This document shows positions 9,901 to 17,768 of a stretch of 64,000 nucleotides of DNA, one piece after another. Each line of letters opens with the position of its first letter. Position 1 is the stretch's first letter. The notes under the pieces were generated by a model. The model was not told where the DNA came from. It did no database searches and was given only the letters and a program-made list of their open reading frames with translations. This DNA comes from an uncultured Alphaproteobacteria bacterium (GTDB taxonomy: Bacteria; Pseudomonadota; Alphaproteobacteria; Methylaequorales; Methylaequoraceae). The stretch spans positions 1,104-65,103 of the forward strand of contig CACHGK010000006.1 in assembly GCA_902579395.1 (NCBI GenBank). Reading direction: 5' to 3'. A program made the translations under genes and the position numbers.

Positions 9901-11076
9901 CTTGATAGACCCCCCGTTAACAGAACCTGATGTATCCGCATTTGCTAGCGCTGTGGATAACAAAACATCTTCTGAAATAACAAGCATGTTTCCACCATTG
10001 TCTTTAAGCCCCTTAGCAACGATAGAACTATCTAAAATAAGCATTTCTTTAGATTTTGCTAAGATATTGCCACCGGTTGAACCACTAGCATGAGTTTTAC
10101 CACCAAAATACAAATTAGTACCAGTAATATTTAAATTTCCTGACGGTGTTGTTGAATTATTCGAGCTTGATATATCAATATTTCCTTCTACAGAGACAAA
10201 TCCATTATCTTCTCCTCCAATTATTACGTTCCCTGTCTTCTTATCTATGGTAGCTGATGATATTGTTCCTGAGGAACCAACGTTTACAGCTCCAAGCATA
10301 AGGTTTTCTGCTGTTTTTGCTGATAATTGGATAAATCCGCCATCTGCCTGTAAAGATCCATTATTAGTAACCAAACTATCTAAAGTTTTGCCTTGGATAT
10401 CTGTTATTTTTGAGAGATCTCTTGTTGGAACAATTATTTTCATCAAACCATTACCTGTGAGATCTAGGGTAATTTGTTCACCGGCACCCATGAAAATTTT
10501 ACCAAACTTAGCTGTAATCGTTCCCTCGTTCGATACATAATTTCCAAGTAACGCTGTATGACCAGAATTATTTACCTGTATATTTCCATGATTCTCAATT
10601 CCTTTTCCATTTTTATTCATGTAATAATTGTGTTTACCCTCTAAAAAATCACTTGTTTTGATATCAAGACTTGAAGCTGTAAATGAGTTGCTTTTTACGG
10701 TACCAGACTTAGTTAGAAGGACACCATGTGGGTTTACTAAAATAACATTTCCATTTGAATTAACTTGACCAGCAATACTTGAAGGTGTTGAGCCCAAAAC
10801 TCTATTTAATGAGGAAGAGCTTGAGGAAGGCATATTAAAGTCAACTACTCCTTTAGAGTGAACTGAAAAAGAATCCCAATGAATTACAGAGCTATGTGAA
10901 CTTTGATCAATAACCATATGATTAGGGTTTATGGCGGCTATTCGAACATTTCCATTTTGAACAGAACCACCTTTCGGCATGTCATCTGCAATCGCTAAGG
11001 CTAATGGTTGAAAAGTCATGACGCTACATAATGAAAACGCCATTATTGACTTAAATTTGTTTTTGGTTTTTAACAT
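6934..11076 (-). CDS. TpsA-type large secreted exoprotein/adhesin with TPS domain, beta-helix repeats, PA14 domain, YDG/MBG repeats and a Gly/Ser/Pro-rich tail
   Basis: 1380-aa ORF. It has a Sec signal (MLKTKNKFKSIMAFSLCSVMTFQPLALAIA) and a TPS domain (HWDSFSVHSKGVVDFNMPSSSSSSLNRVLGSTPSSIAGQVNSNGNVILVNPHGV). Repetitive G/N/S/T beta-helix sequence follows. YDG repeats include KVYDGTTST and RNYDGTTIV. Confidence 0.9.
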   Translation of the reverse strand: MLKTKNKFKSIMAFSLCSVMTFQPLALAIADDMPKGGSVQNGNVRIAAINPNHMVIDQSSHSSVIHWDSFSVHSKGVVDFNMPSSSSSSLNRVLGSTPSSIAGQVNSNGNVILVNPHGVLLTKSGTVKSNSFTASSLDIKTSDFLEGKHNYYMNKNGKGIENHGNIQVNNSGHTALLGNYVSNEGTITAKFGKIFMGAGEQITLDLTGNGLMKIIVPTRDLSKITDIQGKTLDSLVTNNGSLQADGGFIQLSAKTAENLMLGAVNVGSSGTISSATIDKKTGNVIIGGEDNGFVSVEGNIDISSSNNSTTPSGNLNITGTNLYFGGKTHASGSTGGNILAKSKEMLILDSSIVAKGLKDNGGNMLVISEDVLLSTALANADTSGSVNGGSIKLHADNYGLFNGSFKADGDSGQGGKIDLSGKNIRLTKADISAKGSSQGGKVRVGGEYLGGKKLKLVGKKEYNGFINRFDNENDIINAQNTIVDYDVNINVSSSFGQGGTTVVWSDQTTDFMGSIDANGYLSADNDWIAEASKNKVKGGFIEISSKNLLRTVNLDRVSVDYGTLLLDPKNITVDASGSSGGSLDNGLRAQVYYNYFNDSFSYFGTVGGRTQDSRSSVRNRFSSDFTKIDYRTPGRNFAERYSAEWRGFFKPNQTGTHRFYTFSDDSSWAWLFTQGWNSVDSWSDFISVRSASNRLVDNRGAHGMRIRYSSNVTLQADTYYPLLIYFGERTGGDRIDFGWQGPGQGWTTNLSGVAYHNNNEFTTGSFAGATGTAGIATVNSFSTDSTSSNAIGSGTIKDLLQAGTDVYLRANQDITVSDAISVSGSSGGDLSLLAGRDITINSNITTANGDLTLRANTSTSYGVVDAQRGSGTADISNNATINAGSGTVTAIIDGGAGLTNDQPGNISLGTITAGAINAAGDTGTGTITGTSLTATNNSGTTISISGHEIGGIPSINTQNDNSNWRVTRFNPSSDNAFSNLPSADFIQYNYSNGNTISGSGDGILTGYDPGVLTKTYSNITGTSQKVTKVYDGTTSTSSSTFGNVAVTSANGLSSNVNVALSNKTYTYGSKDSGNSNVVTADSAYTITSASHSRHGNVYGLATSSTAKTINSAQISQKPVSLNGTRNYDGTTIVSSKDLTVGSFVGKETLTISGTGLLSSANTQSNSGLASTAGLSLADGSNGGVASNYTLIGGQHKITVNKKPIKLSGSRKINRINRNIKLSSGQLRMENQIKGDQVKLLGSTKVRVTKEGLNKINVSGLELSGKDAKNYTLLGETHEFLFELKAKFKALKNIENKLNELAKSGKKIITGATQAIPKVVAMTSGPNISVSSPSGGPTSSGSTSGGAAAGSPPSGGGAPASSSSSGGGTSGDNSDSNTTEE
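8809..9321 (-). other. PA14 domain segment inside TpsA (approximately residues 586-756)
   Basis: The sequence AERYSAEWRGFFKPNQTGTHRFYTFSDDSSWAWLF...VDNRGAHGMRIRYSSNVTLQADTYYPLLIYFGERTGGDRIDFGWQGPG matches the PA14 pattern (F.A.W.G.F.P..TG.Y.F...SDD...W, V.L.A...YP....Y.E..GG....W). Confidence 0.8.
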
Positions 11077-11145
11077 TTCCTCAAAAATTTGTTATTTATG
11101 TTCTAAACGACAAATTTGTAACCTAAATAAATCTTTTTAGATATC

Positions 11146-11154
11146 TTATCCACT
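11146..11154 (+). promoter_or_regulatory. DnaA-box-like motif TTATCCACT (8/9 match)
   Basis: Read directly, about 70 nt upstream of the tpsA start at 11076. Confidence 0.35.
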
Positions 11155-11187
11155 AGTTTCTCTATAAAACAAGAACTTTTTCATATT

Positions 11188-13011
11188 TTAAAAACTCATA
11201 TTAAGCAATAACATTAAATGATGTTTGTTTAATCTAACATCTGAAAGAATTTCAGTTTTATCAGTGGCAATTGTTTTGGAATATTCAACTTTTGCAGACA
11301 CATCTTTATCAAACGAAAAATAATTATTAAAATTGTTTAATGTTAATCCCAAACCCACTGATTTTGCCGCTGTTTCCTTGCTTTCAGCTACTGTAGGCTT
11401 GTTAATATATGCTACACCCATAGCAGAGTACAAATAAGGATTAACTGAAAAATTCTTTAATAATGAAAAATTCCTACTTATCTCGCCCCTAACATACCAA
11501 ATCTTATCTCCTGATATTGCGCCGGATGTAAGGGAACTAATTTTATCTTCACCAATTATTGTTGACTGCTCAGAATTAAGAAGGCCGTCATCAGTATATT
11601 GACCTCCAAAACCAACTTTTATTAAATAATCACTAAAAGCATAAAATGAATAATATGAGTTTGATCTAATATGGTTGTATTGAGATGTACCGGAGACCCG
11701 TGATAATGGTGTGCCTGTCGTAGCTTCACTTGCTGACCGAGAAGCTATATCTAGCCCTCTAGATAGTTCAGAATCAAAGTAAATGCAACCCACTGGACAT
11801 CCAAAATAAGTCAAACCTACCCTTAAACTCGTAAGTCTATCATGCGAAATCTCTGTGTCTATTCCGGAAGAATTGGTTTGTTGTATTTCATCAGTCCAAC
11901 TAACTGTTCCTCTCAATATCCATGATGAATCTGAGCGAAGCCTTAAAGGATAGTTTACCACAAATGCACCAGATTTCATATTAGACTCAATACCAAGGGA
12001 TGCTATATCTCCTCCAGGACGTGTCATACTTTCTGAATAAGAAAAGTTCGTCTGGAGCCCATTATTTCCTAAGGGATATGAAAAAGAAGCTCCACCACCC
12101 CGTATTGTGACATCACTACCGGTACCTTTCATCCCCTTAATCGTTGGACGACTTAATCCAAACAAGGTAATGCTCTCCCCATAACCAAAAGGAGAATTAA
12201 TTGTTGATTGCAAAATACCTAGTTGCCTTCCTAATTCTTCGCTTTGTGTATTGTTGAACTGGACACTACTTGAAAGTAATTTATGTTTTGCTTCAACCAA
12301 TAGGATTGTTGCACCTTCGGTCTTTCCTGATGTAAATGCAGTATTTAACTTTAGACCAGTTACTTGGTTTGCTAAAAGTAACTGTTTCTCCAATAACGAA
12401 TTTTTTATAATTTTTTTGTTTTTTAGGACCCTCAGATAACGATAAACCGCTTTTCTCTGAAGTTTTGGCACTTTCTGCAGGTTTATTTGATCTATGAAAC
12501 CAGAAATAACCTTAAAAAATACAGTAGCTCCCTCTGGTTTTAATTCCTGCCTTGGCAGTATAACTCTTACTAACGGGTATCCAATATTTTTGTATTCTTG
12601 AGTTATTTTTCTAGCTACTGTATTTAAACTCGCAACGTTCAGGGTTTTACCCACTAATTCTTTTTCATATACCCTAAAATTTAGAACTTTCTGGAGATCT
12701 TTAGGCGAAATGATCACCATGGATTGAATTACAACAGTTATTTCTTCATTTTTATTTACTTCTGTTTGAAGATTATTTAGATCTTTAAGTAAATTTTCCT
12801 GTTCCCCTTTTTTTATTTTGTCCTTTTCAATTTGTTCAAACACCTTTGGAACCACCTGGCTTGGAGATGTGGAAGCAGCATGAATATTTTTAAAAACAAT
12901 AGAAATTATAAAAAAAGAAGTTAAAAAAATGCCATTAATGTTGAGCTTCATACCTTTAACATCAAAAATTATTATTGTTAATAATACATTAGAACCCATG
13001 TATTTCCACAT
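11188..13011 (-). CDS. TpsB outer-membrane transporter (ShlB/FhaC family), second paralog
   Basis: 607-aa maximal ORF, colinear with 4960..6780 (for example YPLVRVILPRQELKPEGATVFFKVISGFI; NNTQSEELGRQ; PTIKGMKGTG; WTDEIQQTN). The true start is probably the internal ATG at 12951 (MKLNINGIFLTSFFIISIVFKNIHAAS is a signal peptide). Confidence 0.85.
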   Translation of the reverse strand: MWKYMGSNVLLTIIIFDVKGMKLNINGIFLTSFFIISIVFKNIHAASTSPSQVVPKVFEQIEKDKIKKGEQENLLKDLNNLQTEVNKNEEITVVIQSMVIISPKDLQKVLNFRVYEKELVGKTLNVASLNTVARKITQEYKNIGYPLVRVILPRQELKPEGATVFFKVISGFIDQINLQKVPKLQRKAVYRYLRVLKNKKIIKNSLLEKQLLLANQVTGLKLNTAFTSGKTEGATILLVEAKHKLLSSSVQFNNTQSEELGRQLGILQSTINSPFGYGESITLFGLSRPTIKGMKGTGSDVTIRGGGASFSYPLGNNGLQTNFSYSESMTRPGGDIASLGIESNMKSGAFVVNYPLRLRSDSSWILRGTVSWTDEIQQTNSSGIDTEISHDRLTSLRVGLTYFGCPVGCIYFDSELSRGLDIASRSASEATTGTPLSRVSGTSQYNHIRSNSYYSFYAFSDYLIKVGFGGQYTDDGLLNSEQSTIIGEDKISSLTSGAISGDKIWYVRGEISRNFSLLKNFSVNPYLYSAMGVAYINKPTVAESKETAAKSVGLGLTLNNFNNYFSFDKDVSAKVEYSKTIATDKTEILSDVRLNKHHLMLLLNMSF

Positions 13012-13034
13012 TTTTTTTAATTCTGCTTTTAGTT

Positions 13035-13055
13035 ATATCCACAGGGTGTGGAAAA
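13035..13055. promoter_or_regulatory. Palindromic operator-like element ATATCCACA-GGG-TGTGGAAAA (two 8/9 DnaA-box-like half sites)
   Basis: Read directly. TCCACA (13038-13043) and TGTGGA (13047-13052) form a perfect inverted repeat with a 3-nt spacer. The element lies between amtB and the first tpsB. Confidence 0.45.
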
Positions 13056-13059
13056 CTAT

Positions 13060-14298
13060 TTAATTATTGTATCCGCTTTCACCATGAGTTGAGGTATCTA
13101 AACCTTCAATTTCATTTTCTTCGTCTACTCTTAATGAAATAAATAAAGAAATAAATTTCAAGATTAAATATGTGGCTATTACAGTCCAGATTAAAGTAAC
13201 AACTACAGCATAAAGCTGCACTTTGATATGTTCGATGGCATTCATTCCTTCATCAAAACCTACACCTCCCCATTCTGCAGAAAGCAACCATCCACAAAGC
13301 ACTGTTCCTATCATCCCTCCTACGCCGTGAACTGCAAAGACATCTAAACTGTCGTCAATTTTTAATTTTATCCTTATTAAATCAACTGCAACATAACAAA
13401 GTACTCCGCCTGCAATTCCGAGTATTATTGCGCCTTGGACCCCAACAAAACCTGAAGCAGGAGTGATTGTAGCTAACCCAGCAACCATCCCGGTGGCCAT
13501 ACCAACCAATGATGGTTTCCCAAACCTAAACGATTCAATTAAGATCCATGAAAATGCTCCAATAGAGGCTGCTATATGGGTTACCAGAATAGCCATAGAA
13601 GCTGTATTATCTGCTGCTAACGCAGAACCCCCATTAAAACCGAACCAACCAACCCAAAGCATCGAAGCACCTATCATTGTCAAGACTGGGCTATGTGGAG
13701 GTGTTACGGCATTGCTAGCAAATGTTCTTCTTTTACCGAGTACTAAAGCAATTACTAGCGCAGCCAGTCCCGCCGTTGTATGAACAACTATTCCTCCTGC
13801 AAAATCCTTGACACCCATGTCAGCTAAAAAACCACCTCCCCATACCCAAAAAGCCACTGGACAATAAACTATGATCAACCAAAGAGCTGAAAAAATTAAC
13901 ACAACTGAAAATTTTATTCTTTCAACATATGAACCAATTACTAGTGCAGGAGTAATAATGCAAAAAGTCATCTGAAACATTGCAAATAAAGGTTCAGGAA
14001 TAGTCGCAACTTCAGCGCCTGGTGAAAATTTCAAAAAGATTTTTGAAAGATTACCAACTAATCCAGAGTAGCCTTGGGAAAATGCTAATGAATATCCCAA
14101 AATAACCCAAATTATCGTCATTAAGCATGCTATACCGAAATGTTGACATAAGACAGAAACAACGTTTTTTGATTGCACCAAACCTGCATAAAACAATGCA
14201 AGTCCTGGTAGGGTCATAAAAAGAACCAAGCTAGAAGATGCAAGAATCCAGGCTGTATCACCACTGTTTGTCTGAGCATCAGCATGTGTTGAAATCAA
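13060..14298 (-). CDS. amtB: Ammonium transporter AmtB
   Basis: 412-aa multi-TM ORF with Amt-family motifs (DFAGGIVVHTTAGLAALV, AVHGVGGMIGT). The likely true start is the CTG at 14328, which adds a signal peptide (see findings). Confidence 0.9.
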   Translation of the reverse strand: MISTHADAQTNSGDTAWILASSSLVLFMTLPGLALFYAGLVQSKNVVSVLCQHFGIACLMTIIWVILGYSLAFSQGYSGLVGNLSKIFLKFSPGAEVATIPEPLFAMFQMTFCIITPALVIGSYVERIKFSVVLIFSALWLIIVYCPVAFWVWGGGFLADMGVKDFAGGIVVHTTAGLAALVIALVLGKRRTFASNAVTPPHSPVLTMIGASMLWVGWFGFNGGSALAADNTASMAILVTHIAASIGAFSWILIESFRFGKPSLVGMATGMVAGLATITPASGFVGVQGAIILGIAGGVLCYVAVDLIRIKLKIDDSLDVFAVHGVGGMIGTVLCGWLLSAEWGGVGFDEGMNAIEHIKVQLYAVVVTLIWTVIATYLILKFISLFISLRVDEENEIEGLDTSTHGESGYNN

Positions 14299-14498
14299 TG
14301 CTATGAATAAGAAAAGAAAATATCTCAGGGTGACTCCATAACTATTTACAAATTAACAATACCATGAAGATCTTTATTTAAATAGAAAAATTGTAATATT
14401 TAAAAATTTGTGATTTTGCTCAAATTATAATCATGCTTTTGAAGATTAATTTAAAAAATTTACTTCTGATTTTTTAATTTCACTATATATATGATTTT

Positions 14499-15890
14499 AT
14501 GAAAAGTAATTTTGAATCTACTATTTTTGCTTTGTCTACAAATTTTGCACAATCAGCGATTGCAGTTTTTAGAATATCAGGAAGTGAATGCAAAAAAATA
14601 GCTAAGTCTATTTGTAAAATTGAGAAATTAAAGGAAAGATACGTCCATTACTCTAAAATTCACGATCTAAAATCTAATCTAATTGATAAAGGACTAATTA
14701 TATATTTTAAATCACCAAAATCATATACAGGTGAGGATCTCCTTGAAATTCACGTGCATGGTAGTATTGCAATTATAAAAAAATTAACTCACGTACTATC
14801 CAAAATGCACAATACTAGGGCAGCACAACCCGGAGAATTTTCTAAAAGAGCTTTTTATAACGGAAAAGCTGATTTATTACACTTTGAGGGTATTAATAAT
14901 TTAATAAAAGCTGAAACAGAAAATCAAAGAATTATTGCAAATAAACAAGTATATGGCGAGAATTCAAAAAAATGCGCTGATTGGGGTACGAGAATACTTG
15001 AAAATCTTGCAATTATTGACGCTAACATTGAATTTGCTGACGATACAGATGATATAGATAATAAAAAGTTAATTACCAATATTGAAAACATAAAAAATGA
15101 AACTCAGTCAATTTGCGATACCTATGAAGATACTAAAAGTCTCATGTATGGTTCACAAGTTCTAATAATTGGGCCTACCAATGCAGGTAAGTCGTCATTA
15201 TTTAATTTCATTCTTCAAAAAAATCAAATGATTATTTCAAGTCAAAAAGGTACAACAACTGATCTATCAGAACAATCTTTGGAGATTTTTGGACAAAAAG
15301 TAAATATCATAGATTCAGCTGGAATTAGAAATTCAAGTAAAATGATTGAGAAACAGGGTATTTATAAAACTTTTGAAAAACTTGACGAAATTCAAAAAAT
15401 CATAATTGTACTATCTCCAGATTCAATAGAAAAAGATCATATCAAAATACTAGAAGAATTAATTAATAAAATAAATTCTAAAGACATTGTTATTGTCTTT
15501 AATAAATTGGATTTAAAGGAGTCTAGAAAAGGTTTTTCTTTATGGACTAAGAATATCCCAAAACTGAAAAAATTTAAATCGATTACAATATCTTGTAAAG
15601 AAAATTTTGATAATCACAATATGTTGGAAAAATTATATAAATTTCTTTATAAAAACTTAATATCGGTTGAGACCAATAATGATGACTTCTACTTTTCAGA
15701 AGTAAGACAACTAGAATGCTTAAAAAAGGTAACTGAAAATTTGAAAATGGCAATAAAACATATTAATACTCTTGAGCTCTCATCCAAATTTCTTAGAGAT
15801 GCAATGAGCGAACTTGACATTTTACACGGAAAACATGATCATGAAAAAGAGCTTGGTATTATCTTTAATAATTTTTGTATTGGAAAATAG
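14499..15890 (+). CDS. mnmE: tRNA modification GTPase MnmE (TrmE)
   Basis: G-domain motifs GPTNAGKSS and DSAG, and the C-terminal FCIGK signature. It lies upstream of mnmG. Confidence 0.92.
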   Translation: MKSNFESTIFALSTNFAQSAIAVFRISGSECKKIAKSICKIEKLKERYVHYSKIHDLKSNLIDKGLIIYFKSPKSYTGEDLLEIHVHGSIAIIKKLTHVLSKMHNTRAAQPGEFSKRAFYNGKADLLHFEGINNLIKAETENQRIIANKQVYGENSKKCADWGTRILENLAIIDANIEFADDTDDIDNKKLITNIENIKNETQSICDTYEDTKSLMYGSQVLIIGPTNAGKSSLFNFILQKNQMIISSQKGTTTDLSEQSLEIFGQKVNIIDSAGIRNSSKMIEKQGIYKTFEKLDEIQKIIIVLSPDSIEKDHIKILEELINKINSKDIVIVFNKLDLKESRKGFSLWTKNIPKLKKFKSITISCKENFDNHNMLEKLYKFLYKNLISVETNNDDFYFSEVRQLECLKKVTENLKMAIKHINTLELSSKFLRDAMSELDILHGKHDHEKELGIIFNNFCIGK

Positions 15891-17768
15891 ATGTTCCACG
15901 TGAAACAACAAAAAAGTTTTGATGTGATTATAGTTGGGGCCGGTCATGCAGGAGTCGAGGCGGCTGTTATGTCATCTCGCTTGGGATCAAAAACTGCTTT
16001 AATTACATTTTCAGATGATGATCTAGGTAAAATGTCTTGCAACCCTGCAATGGGAGGACTTGGAAAAGGACACCTTATAAGAGAAATTGATGCAATGGGA
16101 GGATTAATTGGAAGAGCGTCTGACATGTCTGGCATTCAATTTCGCATTTTGAACAAGACCAGGGGTGAAGCCGTTCAGGGACCAAGGGCCCAGATTGACA
16201 GAGTCAAATATAAAGAGAGTGTTAAAAAACTAATATCAGAAGAAAAAATTACTTTGTTTTACGATGAAGTTGAAAATGTTTTACTAGATAAAAAAAAATC
16301 ATCTAAAAAAATAAAAGGTCTTATTTTAAAAAACCTTGGAAAACTTCTTTGCAAATCATTGATTATTACAACTGGGACATTCCTTAGAGGAATGATACAT
16401 CAAGGTGAGAAGAGTTGGTCTGCAGGAAGAATAAATGCAAAACCTTCAATTGAACTTGCTAATTTCTTTAAACATCAAAATTTTAAAATGTTACGCCTAA
16501 AAACTGGAACTCCACCAAGACTAAAATCAAATTCTATAGATTTCAATAAATGTATTAAGCAAGAAGGAGACAAAGATCCTGAACCTTTTTCATTTCTAAC
16601 AGAAAATATTAAAATAAAACAAATTGACTGTTTCATAACCCATACTAACAAGAAAACACATAGTATTATTAAGAAAAATCTAAATAAATCGCCAATCTTT
16701 AATGGGAGAATTAAGTCGAAAGGTCCAAGATATTGTCCATCACTTGAAGATAAAGTATATAGATTTTATAATAAAGATCAGCATCAAATATTTCTAGAAC
16801 CAGAGACTTTGGATAATGAAGTTATTTATCCTAATGGAATATCAACCTCATTACCTTTAGTCACTCAAAGAAGGTTTCTACAAACAATCGAAGGTCTAGA
16901 AAATGTGAAAGTAAATCAGTATGGCTATTCTATAGAATATGATTGTGTTGATAGTCAAGAAATTAACAAAAATTTCGAAACAAAAAAAATCTCTGGTCTT
17001 TTTTTAGCCGGTCAAATAAATGGAACAACTGGCTATGAAGAAGCTGCTGGACAAGGTCTGCTAGCTGGAATCAATGCTGGTCTTAGTGCATCTGGAAAAT
17101 CGCCTTTTATAATTGAACGATCTGAGGGTTATTTGGGAGTTTTAACCTCGGATTTATGCAGAGGTGGACTTATTGAACCATACAGAATGTTTACATCAAG
17201 AGCCGAATACAGGCTACTTTTAAGAGCTGATAATGCTGACGAAAGATTAACTGATTTTGCCATTAAATTAAATGTAATTGAAAAACAAAGAAAAAAAAAT
17301 TGGCTAAAAAAGAAAAGCCTTATGAGAAAGGCTTTCAAGACCTTAAATAATCTCAAAGGATCTCCGCAATTGTATGCTAAATATGGGATCAGAATAAATC
17401 AAGATGGAAAAAAACGCTCAGCATATGAAATTTTAGGTTATAAGGGGGTTTCATGGCAAATGATACAAAAGATTTGGCCGGAGATCAAAACTCTAGAATT
17501 AAACCAAAAAATTAAAAGACAAATTAAAATCAACTCTTTCTATAACAAATACTCAGATAGACAAAAACACGAAATTCATGAACTAGAAAAAGATAATTTA
17601 TTAAAATTAAGCAAGAAGTTAAATTACAACAAATGCCCAGGGCTATCGAATGAAATAAAAGAAATATTGAGTGGAAATAAACCTAATAATATTAAGGAAG
17701 CTAGACTTCTTCCAGGGATGACGCCAGCCGCTGCATCAATTTTACTAAGATTTGTTAAAAACAAGTGA
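15891..17768 (+). CDS. mnmG: tRNA uridine 5-carboxymethylaminomethyl modification enzyme MnmG (GidA)
   Basis: FAD-binding motif FDVIIVGAGHAGVEAA. 625 aa, in the classic mnmE-mnmG-rsmG order. Confidence 0.95.
   Translation: MFHVKQQKSFDVIIVGAGHAGVEAAVMSSRLGSKTALITFSDDDLGKMSCNPAMGGLGKGHLIREIDAMGGLIGRASDMSGIQFRILNKTRGEAVQGPRAQIDRVKYKESVKKLISEEKITLFYDEVENVLLDKKKSSKKIKGLILKNLGKLLCKSLIITTGTFLRGMIHQGEKSWSAGRINAKPSIELANFFKHQNFKMLRLKTGTPPRLKSNSIDFNKCIKQEGDKDPEPFSFLTENIKIKQIDCFITHTNKKTHSIIKKNLNKSPIFNGRIKSKGPRYCPSLEDKVYRFYNKDQHQIFLEPETLDNEVIYPNGISTSLPLVTQRRFLQTIEGLENVKVNQYGYSIEYDCVDSQEINKNFETKKISGLFLAGQINGTTGYEEAAGQGLLAGINAGLSASGKSPFIIERSEGYLGVLTSDLCRGGLIEPYRMFTSRAEYRLLLRADNADERLTDFAIKLNVIEKQRKKNWLKKKSLMRKAFKTLNNLKGSPQLYAKYGIRINQDGKKRSAYEILGYKGVSWQMIQKIWPEIKTLELNQKIKRQIKINSFYNKYSDRQKHEIHELEKDNLLKLSKKLNYNKCPGLSNEIKEILSGNKPNNIKEARLLPGMTPAAASILLRFVKNK
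15892..15907. promoter_or_regulatory. parS: parS centromere site TGTTCCACGTGAAACA
   Basis: Exact match to the 16-bp parS consensus TGTTNCACGTGAAACA. It overlaps mnmG codons 1-6 (MFHVKQ). Confidence 0.85.

Noticed and set aside
158-10540. Numerous plus-strand ORFs of 60-115 aa inside the TPS genes (for example 158..358, 1511..1714, 4055..4513, 6944..7141, 8297..8644, 9902..10093, 10247..10540).
   Set aside because: They lie antisense to long, well-supported minus-strand genes. Their P/V/A/L-rich translations are what the reverse complement of G/S/T/N-rich beta-helix codons yields. They are shadow ORFs.
14329-14498. Looked for a sigma-54 promoter, NtrC site or glutamine riboswitch upstream of amtB.
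   Set aside because: Only a poor TGGTAT...TTTGT resemblance is present, lacking the GG/GC spacing. The leader is almost pure A/T with no GC-paired structure.
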